Part shown: in pieces, positions 29,177-38,539 of the stretch
Position numbering within the stretch: position 1 is the stretch's first letter
Layout of the letters: each line of letters opens with the position of its first letter
Virus record (IMG/VR): IMGVR_UViG_3300032311_001249
Span: 1-64,000 of that record
DNA from: a virus
Reading direction: 5' to 3' (one strand)
Length of the DNA stretch: 64,000 nt
Notes under the pieces: generated by a model
Told to the model about the DNA's origin: nothing
What the model saw: only the letters and a program-made list of their open reading frames with translations
The model's database searches: none
Made by a program: the position numbers and the translations under genes

Positions 29177-30061
29177 ATGCTTGATATACCCACCAACTGT
29201 GGTCCTTTAGATTTACAATTTGCTAACGAAGCTCTGGAGAGAGTTAATCGCTTTAGGCAAAGTCATATAGATGCTACAAGTCCACCAGATTTAACTCATG
29301 GAAGAATAAAATATTTTCATAATATAATATGTAGTTGGGCATTTAGTGTTCCTTTAAAATTTGATTGGGTGGTTGTTATAAATGCCAAAAATAAAAATTA
29401 TATATTAAATGAAATAAACAACATAGGAGATAGATATGAAACAAAAGGTTGGAATGTGGGAAATTCTGCTAGCCAAACTACTATTCACAGTGTTCAAGAT
29501 GTTATAGGCTGCATCTTTGCACAAGGAGTGCAAATACCGGGAGAAAAAACAAAAATAGAAAGAGCAGGAATATCAGAAGGTTCGAATAGAGGATTTATAA
29601 ATGCTCCTATTGTTAGTGGAAGAACAGATTTTGAACCTTTGCAAATAGGATTTTTAGAAACTAATAAATCTTTTATTGATGGATTTCTCAGACCTTGGAA
29701 TATTTTAGTTTCTCATAAAGGTCTTATAGCCACATCAAACAGCCAAAGCATAAAGGCTGATATTGTGTTGCATCAATTAGCAAGAAATGGCAGTGATGTC
29801 ACATCAAAAATTAGAAAAACTTTTGTATTTGAAGATTGTGCTCCTATAAGCATAGCCAATGAAACTTTAGATTATAATAGCGGCAGCGATTTTCCAAAAT
29901 TACAAGTGGAATTTTCTTATTCCAAATATTATATTAGTGATGGTTATTCTAATAATACCAACGATTATTATCCACAATCCAATTCTACAACTAATAAAAT
30001 ACCTAATAATCTTTTAACAATAAGAACTACTCCAGAAATATTTGCTAACACCGCTGTTTAA
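29177..30061 (+). CDS. Baseplate tail-tube initiator gp54-like (tube fold)
   Basis: AQGVQIPG, GRTDFEPLQIGFLE, F.DCAPISI..E.LDY, LQVEFSY. Confidence 0.6.
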   Translation: MLDIPTNCGPLDLQFANEALERVNRFRQSHIDATSPPDLTHGRIKYFHNIICSWAFSVPLKFDWVVVINAKNKNYILNEINNIGDRYETKGWNVGNSASQTTIHSVQDVIGCIFAQGVQIPGEKTKIERAGISEGSNRGFINAPIVSGRTDFEPLQIGFLETNKSFIDGFLRPWNILVSHKGLIATSNSQSIKADIVLHQLARNGSDVTSKIRKTFVFEDCAPISIANETLDYNSGSDFPKLQVEFSYSKYYISDGYSNNTNDYYPQSNSTTNKIPNNLLTIRTTPEIFANTAV

Positions 30062-30075
30062 AGATAATTAGTTTA

Positions 30076-31038
30076 ATGGCATTTTATAAAATTTGGGTTC
30101 CTTCAAAACAGAAATATGTTAGATTTAAAGAAATTGATTCGGAACAATATAGAGATATATTAAAAAGTGTTGATGATGACTCTGATTTTGAATATAACGT
30201 AAACTATATTGTACAAAACAATTGCTGTTCAAAAGATTTTTTATTAAAAGAACACACTATAATAGACCGTTTTGTTATTTTATTACAACTAAAAATACAT
30301 TCTTGTGGTTCAAAACTAAATTTAACCAGAATTTGTGATAAATGCGACACAAAAACAGACTTTTCTATTGATTTAAACCAATTGATTGATGAGTTGGCTA
30401 AAGGTGTAGATCGTTCTTTTGAGAAAATTTTTAAAATAAACGATTTATCAGTGCTGTGTGATGTTCCTTCTGTTGGAAATCAAGAATCACAACAATTTGA
30501 TAAGACTGATTTGGGTAAAAGAATTGATTTTTATCTGTATTCTTTTATAAAATCATTGTATATAGGAGATAAAACTATAAATTTAGCCGATTTTGATTTT
30601 GAACAAAGAAATGAGATATGTTCTAACCTTCCTTTTTCATGTATAAACACTATAAAAACAATTTATGTGGACGAAATTCATAGAATATTCTCTGATTGTA
30701 TGATAAAAGAAACAGTTTGTTCTAATAATAAATGTGAGGACATACTTTCTATAAAATTTGATTTTTCTAGTGTGACTGATGTTATGAAATTATTGTTTAG
30801 AGACTCTAATAATGTGAACATTTTATCACAATATGCTAATTTAAGCATGAATTGTCACTTCGACTATCATTTTTATAAGAATATTTGTCCAGCAGAATTA
30901 ATAATTTTGGATAATTTGGTTAGAAACAGCATGAAAAAGACTGAACAAGAACAGAATTCCAATAAAGACATCAACATGTTTGAACAATACAAATTAAATG
31001 AGATTGATATGGTTGAAAGTAAGAGCGAATTTGAGTAA
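30076..31038 (+). CDS. gp26-like hub/tail assembly chaperone with C-terminal gp51-like segment
   Basis: I.VPS..K, D.F.ILLQLK..S.G, CDKC, CSNNKC; extra tail LSQYANL...F...KNICPAEL.IL. Confidence 0.6.
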   Translation: MAFYKIWVPSKQKYVRFKEIDSEQYRDILKSVDDDSDFEYNVNYIVQNNCCSKDFLLKEHTIIDRFVILLQLKIHSCGSKLNLTRICDKCDTKTDFSIDLNQLIDELAKGVDRSFEKIFKINDLSVLCDVPSVGNQESQQFDKTDLGKRIDFYLYSFIKSLYIGDKTINLADFDFEQRNEICSNLPFSCINTIKTIYVDEIHRIFSDCMIKETVCSNNKCEDILSIKFDFSSVTDVMKLLFRDSNNVNILSQYANLSMNCHFDYHFYKNICPAELIILDNLVRNSMKKTEQEQNSNKDINMFEQYKLNEIDMVESKSEFE

Positions 31039-31046
31039 TTAACTAT

Positions 31047-31856
31047 ATGTCAGAAACATTAAACATAAATGATATTATTTCCTTGGTAAAAGAATCAAAC
31101 AAACAGTTTGAATCTGATATTTACGTTCCATCATTAAACAAAGAGATTCATTGTAAACCCATGAATGCATCTCATTTAAAAAATATCATCAAAACTTCCA
31201 TTTCTGGTGTGTTTTCAAATATAAAATTCAACCAAACCATGCACACAGTGTTAAAAGATGTGTTAGACCCATCAGTTCCAACCACTATTATTAATACTTT
31301 TGATAAAATTTTAATTTTATTACAATTAAGAAACAAAAATGTTAAAAATACAGTTGATGTAGAATTATTCTGTGATGAAGATAAGAAAATTGAATCTTTT
31401 TCTTTGGATAAAATAATTAACAAAGGAAAAAAAGATAAATTTGATTTTCAAGAGCAAATAATAACTGATGGTTCTTACATTGTAACACTAGATTTTCCTT
31501 CTATAGAGCAAGAATTTTTATTTGATCGTTATTTTGAGCAAAATAAACTAAAAAATGTAAAGGAAGATGACAAAAATTCTCTCAAAGAATTATTTGGACC
31601 TCTTTTTATTCATGAAGTAGCACAATATGTTAAAAACATAAAAATTTCTGACAAAGAAATAAACATGAGAAGCTTGTCAGTCGAAGACAGAACCAGCATC
31701 ATGGAAAATTTATCCAGTAACATCATTGCACAAATAATAGAAAAAATAGATGATGTATTTGGTAAACAAATCAATAAACTTATTTCTGTTGAAAAGGATT
31801 TTGATGGAACCAAATACAGGGGAACCATTCAAATAAATTCAACACTGTTTTCGTAA
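31047..31856 (+). CDS. Second gp26-like protein (tandem paralog)
   Basis: IYVPSLNK, FDKILILLQLR, FPSI, YVKNIKISDKEIN align with the upstream gene. Confidence 0.6.
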   Translation: MSETLNINDIISLVKESNKQFESDIYVPSLNKEIHCKPMNASHLKNIIKTSISGVFSNIKFNQTMHTVLKDVLDPSVPTTIINTFDKILILLQLRNKNVKNTVDVELFCDEDKKIESFSLDKIINKGKKDKFDFQEQIITDGSYIVTLDFPSIEQEFLFDRYFEQNKLKNVKEDDKNSLKELFGPLFIHEVAQYVKNIKISDKEINMRSLSVEDRTSIMENLSSNIIAQIIEKIDDVFGKQINKLISVEKDFDGTKYRGTIQINSTLFS

Positions 31857-31859
31857 ATA

Positions 31860-31886
31860 AAAAACCCGGTCATTGACCGGGTTTTT
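31860..31886. terminator. Bidirectional terminator
   Basis: AAAAACCCGGTCA-T-TGACCGGGTTTTT between convergent genes. Confidence 0.85.
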
Positions 31887-31890
31887 AGTT

Positions 31891-32451
31891 TTAAGCGTTG
31901 TAACCTTGCTGCATTGCTGATCCAGCACCTTTAGTGAAACCACCTTGCTGTGCTGCTGTGGCAGACCTGCTTGCTGTATCAGCAATTTGATTTACTTGTT
32001 TAATCAAATTGCTAAGTCTAGGGTCTTTTCCTATAAATTGAGCTATTTGAGGATTTATCTGTTGAGCATTAGCTATAACTTGTTGAACTTGCGTTAACAA
32101 TTTTTGAAGAGTTGCTATTTGTGCTGCTGCTTTTCTAGCTTGTTCACCAGTCTGATATATGTTTGAAACGTTTTGTCCAATTTGTTTTGCGCCTGCTGCT
32201 GCTGCATTATAACCTTTTTTAGCAACGTTTGCTGCTCCTTGGGCAGCACCAGAAATACCGCTACCAATAGCTCTGCCTATATTGGATAGACCTCCGAAAA
32301 GCTCTTGAACAATCTGTTTTTGTTGTTCTGTTAGCTGATTGTTTTCATGCATTTCTAATAGTTTTGATTCTGTCAAATACCCAGACATAATTTGTTTCTG
32401 GAAATTTTCCAATTGTGCCGATTCATAAATATAACTGTAGTTGTTGTTCAT
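31891..32451 (-). CDS. Ala/Gly/Gln-rich putative internal/ejection protein
   Basis: MNNNYSYIYE...YLTE...VQELFGG, then amphipathic A/G/Q helices. Confidence 0.5.
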   Translation of the reverse strand: MNNNYSYIYESAQLENFQKQIMSGYLTESKLLEMHENNQLTEQQKQIVQELFGGLSNIGRAIGSGISGAAQGAANVAKKGYNAAAAGAKQIGQNVSNIYQTGEQARKAAAQIATLQKLLTQVQQVIANAQQINPQIAQFIGKDPRLSNLIKQVNQIADTASRSATAAQQGGFTKGAGSAMQQGYNA

Positions 32452-32481
32452 AATAATATTACTTACTTATAAATATATAAA

Positions 32482-34389
32482 ATGGCAGAAATTTCCGAAA
32501 TAATGGCAGCAATAGATTCTTTTTTATCTAAAAAAGGAAAAGAGGATAGTTATCTTGTCAAAAAAATAACCGGATTATTTGAAGGAGATGATGCTCCTTT
32601 TAATACTGAAAAAGGAGTATTAAAAGAATTTAAGAAAAAATTTAAAAAATTAAATGATGGAGCAGAAAAAAATACAGAAAATTTTAATGAATTATCAAAA
32701 ACAATAAAAAAATTTAACAGAGTTTTTACAGATAATTTCTTTAAAAACTTGAGAGGGTTCAGAGATAATTTAAAAATATCTGTGTTAAATAACTTTTTTG
32801 AAAATTTAAAAGATGTTAATAAAAAATTTAAAAAAGGAATCTCTCCTGACAAAGAGAGTGTCATACAACAAGAAAGTATAGTTGATGTTAGAATAAAAGA
32901 AATAGATGATGGGGTAGCTAATTCTCTGTTATCCAAAATATCTAACATAATGGCTAGAAAAATAAATTTTTCTTCTGACAATAAAAATGAAGAACGATAC
33001 GACAAAGAACAAGGTTTTTTCTCAAAAATATTAAAAGGAATATTAGGAGTCTCTGCTCTTTTTGTAGGTGTTGGTTTTATAAGCAAGTTTTTAAATGAGA
33101 CAGAAATAGGAAAGTCTATAAAAAATAAATTAGGAGATTTTAAAGACAAAGCTTTAGAAGCTCTCAAACCAGCATTAAAAGTATTGATGAATCTTTTTGT
33201 AGAAGGTATGAAACAAGTTTTGTTTGAGTTACCTAAATGGTTTTTAAAACAAACATTTAATTTCTTTGGTCTAAAGGAAATGTTGGGAGAACAATATGAG
33301 GGCATAGCAGTTATTTTAACCAAAGGAATATACTATGGAGTAAAAACATTTTTTACTAAAACATTAAATAAAATTTCTTTTGGATTATTTGGTAAATTAA
33401 CTCAGAGTTTAACTGGTATGTTTGGTAGTTTAGGAAATTCATTAATTAAAATAGGCAAAGGGTTATCAGATAGTTTACTAAGACCATTAAGTTTTATAGG
33501 AAAAATTCCCGGAATGTTGGGTAAATTTTTTAGTAATATAGGTTTTGGTGCAGGTGGAGGAGTTGCTAAAGTTTTAACAAGTATAACAAAAATATCAGGA
33601 GGAAGTTTACTAAAAATATTAGGAACTGGACTAAAAAATATAGCAAAAAGAATTCCTTTTATTGGTGCTCTTATATCTTTCAAAGATGCATATGATAGAT
33701 TTCAAAAAGGAGATATTCTAGGCGGTTTTATCAGCATAGGTTCTGGTATAGCTAGTACTTTTCCGGGCATAGGCACTGCTATAAGCATAGGTCTGGATGT
33801 GCTTAATGCTTTCTTGGACTATTCTGATAGTGGATCAAAATTTAAAACAATGATTAATGATAACTTTATCACTAGAGCTATAGGAGATTTGATAAACGGA
33901 ACAATGGATTTTTTCACCAATATTTTAGAAATGTTAAATCCAGTATCTTGGGGTAAGAGTATATGGGATTGGATTACTGGAAAGAAAAAATCTGCTGAAC
34001 AACAAATAAAAGATAGTGAGCAAGATTCTAGTGTTAAACCTTATTCTGGTGCTAGATATGATTTACCTGTTAAACAAGTTCAAGATGCAAGAGTGAGTGG
34101 TAAAAACTTGATAGTTCCAAGCAATCAAGATGATGTTGTTCTTGCCAAAAATAATGGCCCATTTGACAGAGCTTTCAAAGATATGAATCATAAATTAGAT
34201 GTATTGACTAACGTATTTTCACAAGGAGTTGAATTAATAGCATCTGCTAGTGTTAATGGTAGTTCTAGCATAGTTCAGGCTGTTGTTTCAACAGCAGGTT
34301 CAAAACAAGCACCAATAATATCAAATTCATCTGATCCAATACATAGTTTTAGAACTAGAGCACAAAGAGCTATAGAATCTGTCCGATAA
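32482..34389 (+). CDS. Tape-measure/hub protein gp29-like
   Basis: Long Gly-rich amphipathic helices, KRIPFIGALIS...GDILGG...FPGIGTAIS; precedes gp48/gp53/gp27. Confidence 0.7.
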   Translation: MAEISEIMAAIDSFLSKKGKEDSYLVKKITGLFEGDDAPFNTEKGVLKEFKKKFKKLNDGAEKNTENFNELSKTIKKFNRVFTDNFFKNLRGFRDNLKISVLNNFFENLKDVNKKFKKGISPDKESVIQQESIVDVRIKEIDDGVANSLLSKISNIMARKINFSSDNKNEERYDKEQGFFSKILKGILGVSALFVGVGFISKFLNETEIGKSIKNKLGDFKDKALEALKPALKVLMNLFVEGMKQVLFELPKWFLKQTFNFFGLKEMLGEQYEGIAVILTKGIYYGVKTFFTKTLNKISFGLFGKLTQSLTGMFGSLGNSLIKIGKGLSDSLLRPLSFIGKIPGMLGKFFSNIGFGAGGGVAKVLTSITKISGGSLLKILGTGLKNIAKRIPFIGALISFKDAYDRFQKGDILGGFISIGSGIASTFPGIGTAISIGLDVLNAFLDYSDSGSKFKTMINDNFITRAIGDLINGTMDFFTNILEMLNPVSWGKSIWDWITGKKKSAEQQIKDSEQDSSVKPYSGARYDLPVKQVQDARVSGKNLIVPSNQDDVVLAKNNGPFDRAFKDMNHKLDVLTNVFSQGVELIASASVNGSSSIVQAVVSTAGSKQAPIISNSSDPIHSFRTRAQRAIESVR

Positions 34390-34398
34390 ATATTAATT

Positions 34399-35532
34399 AT
34401 GAATATAGTCTTGCAAGAGAAACCCAACAACAACAGCAGAGTTTACGGCACTTCTGGTGGTACACAAATAATAGATGTTGTGAACGAAATGAGTTGGACT
34501 ATTTCTAATAAAAGATCAAGAAGAGATGCACCAAGAATGCGTCTTGTAGAATATCAACAATCCACAGGACAACTAATAGCATCTATTATATATTTTAGCA
34601 GAGTATTAAAGGATTTTGATTATTCTAATGCTATTGACAGTTTAACTAAAAAAGCTGATCCCATAGAAATCTATAAACTTAAATATTTTGGTGATAAGAC
34701 TGGTTATGAATATAGTGTTCCTTATTTTAATCCTAAAAATTTATCTAGAAATAATGAATTTTCTCCTAGTGATCCATTTGCTCCATTAACTCAATTAGGA
34801 ACAAGTTATGGTGGTTCAGGATTTTCAAGAGGAGCAGCCCAAATTTCAACATTATATTCAACAGGAAAAGAGATCATAGACTCTGTTCTTCCCGGAAAAA
34901 TAAATTTTGAATTTCCTCAAACATGGAACAATACTAGCCCTGAAACTTATTCTACAACATTTGATCTTATAAATACAACAAATTTTAATGATGTTATAAA
35001 TAATTGGAAATTTTGTCATTTATTAAGTTATCAAAATACTCCTAGCAGAAGAAACTTTGCTATAATGGACCCTCCTGTCATATATACTATGAGCATTCCC
35101 GGAATAGTTAACTTTCCTGTATGCTATATGAATGAATTACAAATAACAAATCTTGGAAATACAAGATTGATTGATATAGAAGGTAAGAAAAGAATAATAC
35201 CAGAGGCATATAGAATAACATTCACATTAACTTCTTTATTGATGCCCAGCAGAAATATTATGGGAGCTACAAGAGATGGTTCAAATGTAGAAGTTATTGG
35301 TAGCAGCGAAGATGTGTCTAAATGGATAGATTATGATAATGTTTTACAACAAGTTAAACAAGTTCTCACTCCTGTACCACAACCTGTTCCACCTCCCTCA
35401 ACACCAGCCCCCATACCTCAGACTCCAGCACCTGAAAATTACAGAAATAATAATCTTGATCAAAGAAGTTTTGAAAAACCTTTTCCGCCCGGATTTAGAT
35501 TTGATGTATTTGGCTCTAGACCTTTAAGTTAA
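34399..35532 (+). CDS. Baseplate tail-tube cap gp48-like
   Basis: TFDL.NT, PPVIY...IPG, CYM..L.I, PEAY.IT.TLT; Pro-rich tail. Confidence 0.55.
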   Translation: MNIVLQEKPNNNSRVYGTSGGTQIIDVVNEMSWTISNKRSRRDAPRMRLVEYQQSTGQLIASIIYFSRVLKDFDYSNAIDSLTKKADPIEIYKLKYFGDKTGYEYSVPYFNPKNLSRNNEFSPSDPFAPLTQLGTSYGGSGFSRGAAQISTLYSTGKEIIDSVLPGKINFEFPQTWNNTSPETYSTTFDLINTTNFNDVINNWKFCHLLSYQNTPSRRNFAIMDPPVIYTMSIPGIVNFPVCYMNELQITNLGNTRLIDIEGKKRIIPEAYRITFTLTSLLMPSRNIMGATRDGSNVEVIGSSEDVSKWIDYDNVLQQVKQVLTPVPQPVPPPSTPAPIPQTPAPENYRNNNLDQRSFEKPFPPGFRFDVFGSRPLS

Positions 35533-35539
35533 TATTTTT

Positions 35540-35869
35540 ATGGCAAACAATTTAGATTTAGATTATTACGACTACTCAAATATTCTTACCACTTACACAG
35601 ATGGTGATGGATATGAATTTTTTAATTTGATGAACAGCATCAATATAGAAGGAGATATTGATGCTAGTTTATACATTTATGACATTGCTGATTCTTTCTC
35701 AGATGTATATAATTTATCTAAAAAGTATTACGGCACTCATAAATTATGGTGGATAATATTATTAGTTAATAAAATACAGAACCCTTTCGAAATAAATGCA
35801 GGTCAAAAAGTAAAGATTCTAAATAATTCTTCTGTTTCTCAAATTTTGAGTCAGATAAATAGTATGTAA
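35540..35869 (+). CDS. 53: Baseplate wedge gp53-like (LysM-like)
   Basis: LSKKYYGTHKLWWIILLVNKIQNPF. Confidence 0.8.
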   Translation: MANNLDLDYYDYSNILTTYTDGDGYEFFNLMNSINIEGDIDASLYIYDIADSFSDVYNLSKKYYGTHKLWWIILLVNKIQNPFEINAGQKVKILNNSSVSQILSQINSM

Positions 35870-37476
35870 TGAATCCAGAAAATAAAAACACTTATAATTT
35901 TAATAATCAAGATTATGATTTTGTTTTTCGTTTGTATAATGGCATAAACGATGTTTTTTTAACAAATACTGCATGGGAGGATTTGTATCTTGAAGAGGAT
36001 ATTTTTGATTGGAAAATAAAAGGCAGTGTTATAATAAAATCTCCCTATGAAAGTTTTGAAAGAGAGAGCGAAGAATCACTATCTTTAACAAAAGGAGATA
36101 AGAAAAATACAATTTATAAATTTAGGAATGATTGTAGAGATACTCTTTTTATTTCTATTAAACCCAAGATACAAAATAAAGATACTGATATACAAATCAG
36201 TGATTCTGTTTGGAGATTAGAATTCGAAGCTGTTGTTTATGATGTAGAGGAATTAGATAACCAAAATAGTATAAACAAATATAAAAAACTATACTTTTGG
36301 GAAAAAACATATCAATTAATGAGAGAGAAAAACTGTTATTTCTCTACTGCTACGTCTGGAGAAAATTCTAACAAAAACAATACTGATCAACTTGATAATA
36401 GCGAAAGAAGTCTTCAAACAGGAGTGGCATTAAAATATTTGCTTTCTAATGACGAAACATTTAAAATAAATTCAAATTTAACACAAAATGATGAAACTTG
36501 GGATAATGGAGATGATTCTGCCAGATTATTTTACTCTTGTAAAGATGGAGAAAAATTCATAGATGCATTAAACTATCTTACTCATTATCATATATCTACA
36601 AAAGATAATGGTTATATTCCTTGCGTATTAAAATTTGAAAGAGCAGAAAAATCAATGCAACCAAAACAATTTTCATTAAAACCTATTTCTGAATATTTTG
36701 AAAAAGCTGGTAATGAAGCTGGTAAACCACCAAAAGAATACCAGACAGAACATTTTTTTATATATGGTCATGGAGGTCAAACAAAAGAAAGTGTTTCTAT
36801 AATGAAATCGCCAATAGATGAGAAAAGTCAAAAAATTGAATTTAAGGGCGATGATTTTAGCACTATAAGAAATTATAAAATTGTTGATATGAGTGGTTTA
36901 TATTATTCTGAAAATCTTTGCAATTATAGAACAACATCTTTCAATAAAATAGATGGTCAATTTCAGATAGAAAACATTTTAGCTGGTGAAGAAGATGATG
37001 GGTTCAAACAGTTTTATAGAGATGTTGTTTCTAAAAATATTGTTACTAAAAACAAAAACGACAGATTACCTATAACACCATTCATACAAAGTAATTATAA
37101 TACAAAAATATTATCATCTGTCAGAACAAGTCCACAAGCAAGATTAGCAGAGAGTAGAAATGCTATGATAAACCATTATTTATTTTCTAATTTAACTATA
37201 TGTTTTTCTGTAAAAGGTTCTACTCACCGTCAAACTGGAAGATTTTTCGCAGTATCTAAAAATACAGATAATAAATCAGAATTTGATGCAAAACTAGAAG
37301 GACAATATTTTCTAACCAATATAATCCATCATTTTAGCAATTCAGCAAAAAGTTATACTACAGAATTAGTGGGAGTTAAGACACAAACATATAAAGAAAC
37401 CACATTATTTGAATCTAATGACAATTTGATTATAAACTCTTCAAATTCAGTTTCTATTCCTGAAGGACTGGGATAA
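35869..37476 (+). CDS. Baseplate hub gp27-like
   Basis: L.LEEDIF...GSV.I N-terminus; VKG...RQTG.F, LEGQYFLTNIIHHF...YTT C-terminus. Confidence 0.65.
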   Translation: MNPENKNTYNFNNQDYDFVFRLYNGINDVFLTNTAWEDLYLEEDIFDWKIKGSVIIKSPYESFERESEESLSLTKGDKKNTIYKFRNDCRDTLFISIKPKIQNKDTDIQISDSVWRLEFEAVVYDVEELDNQNSINKYKKLYFWEKTYQLMREKNCYFSTATSGENSNKNNTDQLDNSERSLQTGVALKYLLSNDETFKINSNLTQNDETWDNGDDSARLFYSCKDGEKFIDALNYLTHYHISTKDNGYIPCVLKFERAEKSMQPKQFSLKPISEYFEKAGNEAGKPPKEYQTEHFFIYGHGGQTKESVSIMKSPIDEKSQKIEFKGDDFSTIRNYKIVDMSGLYYSENLCNYRTTSFNKIDGQFQIENILAGEEDDGFKQFYRDVVSKNIVTKNKNDRLPITPFIQSNYNTKILSSVRTSPQARLAESRNAMINHYLFSNLTICFSVKGSTHRQTGRFFAVSKNTDNKSEFDAKLEGQYFLTNIIHHFSNSAKSYTTELVGVKTQTYKETTLFESNDNLIINSSNSVSIPEGLG

Positions 37477-37510
37477 TTAATTTGCCAAATACATCATCAT
37501 AAATAAATAT

Positions 37511-38539
37511 ATGCCTCAAGTAACAGATGAAAAATTTCATAAAACTATATTCTCTAGTCCTAACGGAAAGAGAAAAGATGGAACTATATTTGATAGACTT
37601 TATTGCTCTACACAATATAGTGAATTTCCATTAGACCAAATAATTCAAACCATAGCAGAATTTCATGGCCCTTGGACAGGAGGTTCAACACAATTAGCGG
37701 ATTTTTCCACGTTTGTTGCATCATCTCTCAACAGTATTTCTTTACAGAATAACGCAAGACAAGCTGCTAGTAATGCTATTACTGCAAAATCAGCATCACA
37801 GAAAATACCATCTGCACAAAACGGAATTACTTGTGCTGTTATGCCAACTCCTTTATTAAGAGAATTTTTAAATAGATCACAAAAAATACATCCATCAGTT
37901 AACATGTATATACAAAATAATATTGGAACGTTTCCTTATTTTCAACAAGTCAGTGAAGAAATAGGACAATACGCTAATGTTGTTATGAATAATACTAGTA
38001 TTGATCCAATGAAATGGCCTAATAGAAACGGTGGTAGTTGTTGGAATACCAACAGTAGATTTAATGTTAATGATCTATTAAAAATACCGGGGGATGTATT
38101 AACACTAATGGATGATGCTAATAATTTAGTTAATACCATGTTTTTAAGAAGCATGCCAAAACAAAATAATATGAGTTTTATGCACACTGGTTATTCAACA
38201 GAAAGACCTATATCACATGGTCATAATTTTACCATGGATGTGTTTAATGCAAAAAGAGAACAGAATGCTGTTGCACCCTGTCTTGCAGCTATACTCAATC
38301 TTGCAGGAGATGTTTTAAGAATATTAAATCGTTATTTTTGTATAAAAGAATTATCAAAAGTTGCTATTGATGGTTTTAGAATAACATTCAACGAAGGACC
38401 AAACGGTGAACCAATAACATACATAACAGATAATAATGCAAGACCTATGTATGATACTGAAAAACCAAATAACATCACTGATCCAACAAATGACTTGGTG
38501 TTGAAAACAAAGAAAAAATTATCAACAGAAAAATCATGA
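37511..38539 (+). CDS. Hypothetical baseplate-region protein
   Basis: 342 aa; TAAATA-N5-ATG; ATGA-coupled to the gp5 N-part. Confidence 0.55.
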   Translation: MPQVTDEKFHKTIFSSPNGKRKDGTIFDRLYCSTQYSEFPLDQIIQTIAEFHGPWTGGSTQLADFSTFVASSLNSISLQNNARQAASNAITAKSASQKIPSAQNGITCAVMPTPLLREFLNRSQKIHPSVNMYIQNNIGTFPYFQQVSEEIGQYANVVMNNTSIDPMKWPNRNGGSCWNTNSRFNVNDLLKIPGDVLTLMDDANNLVNTMFLRSMPKQNNMSFMHTGYSTERPISHGHNFTMDVFNAKREQNAVAPCLAAILNLAGDVLRILNRYFCIKELSKVAIDGFRITFNEGPNGEPITYITDNNARPMYDTEKPNNITDPTNDLVLKTKKKLSTEKS

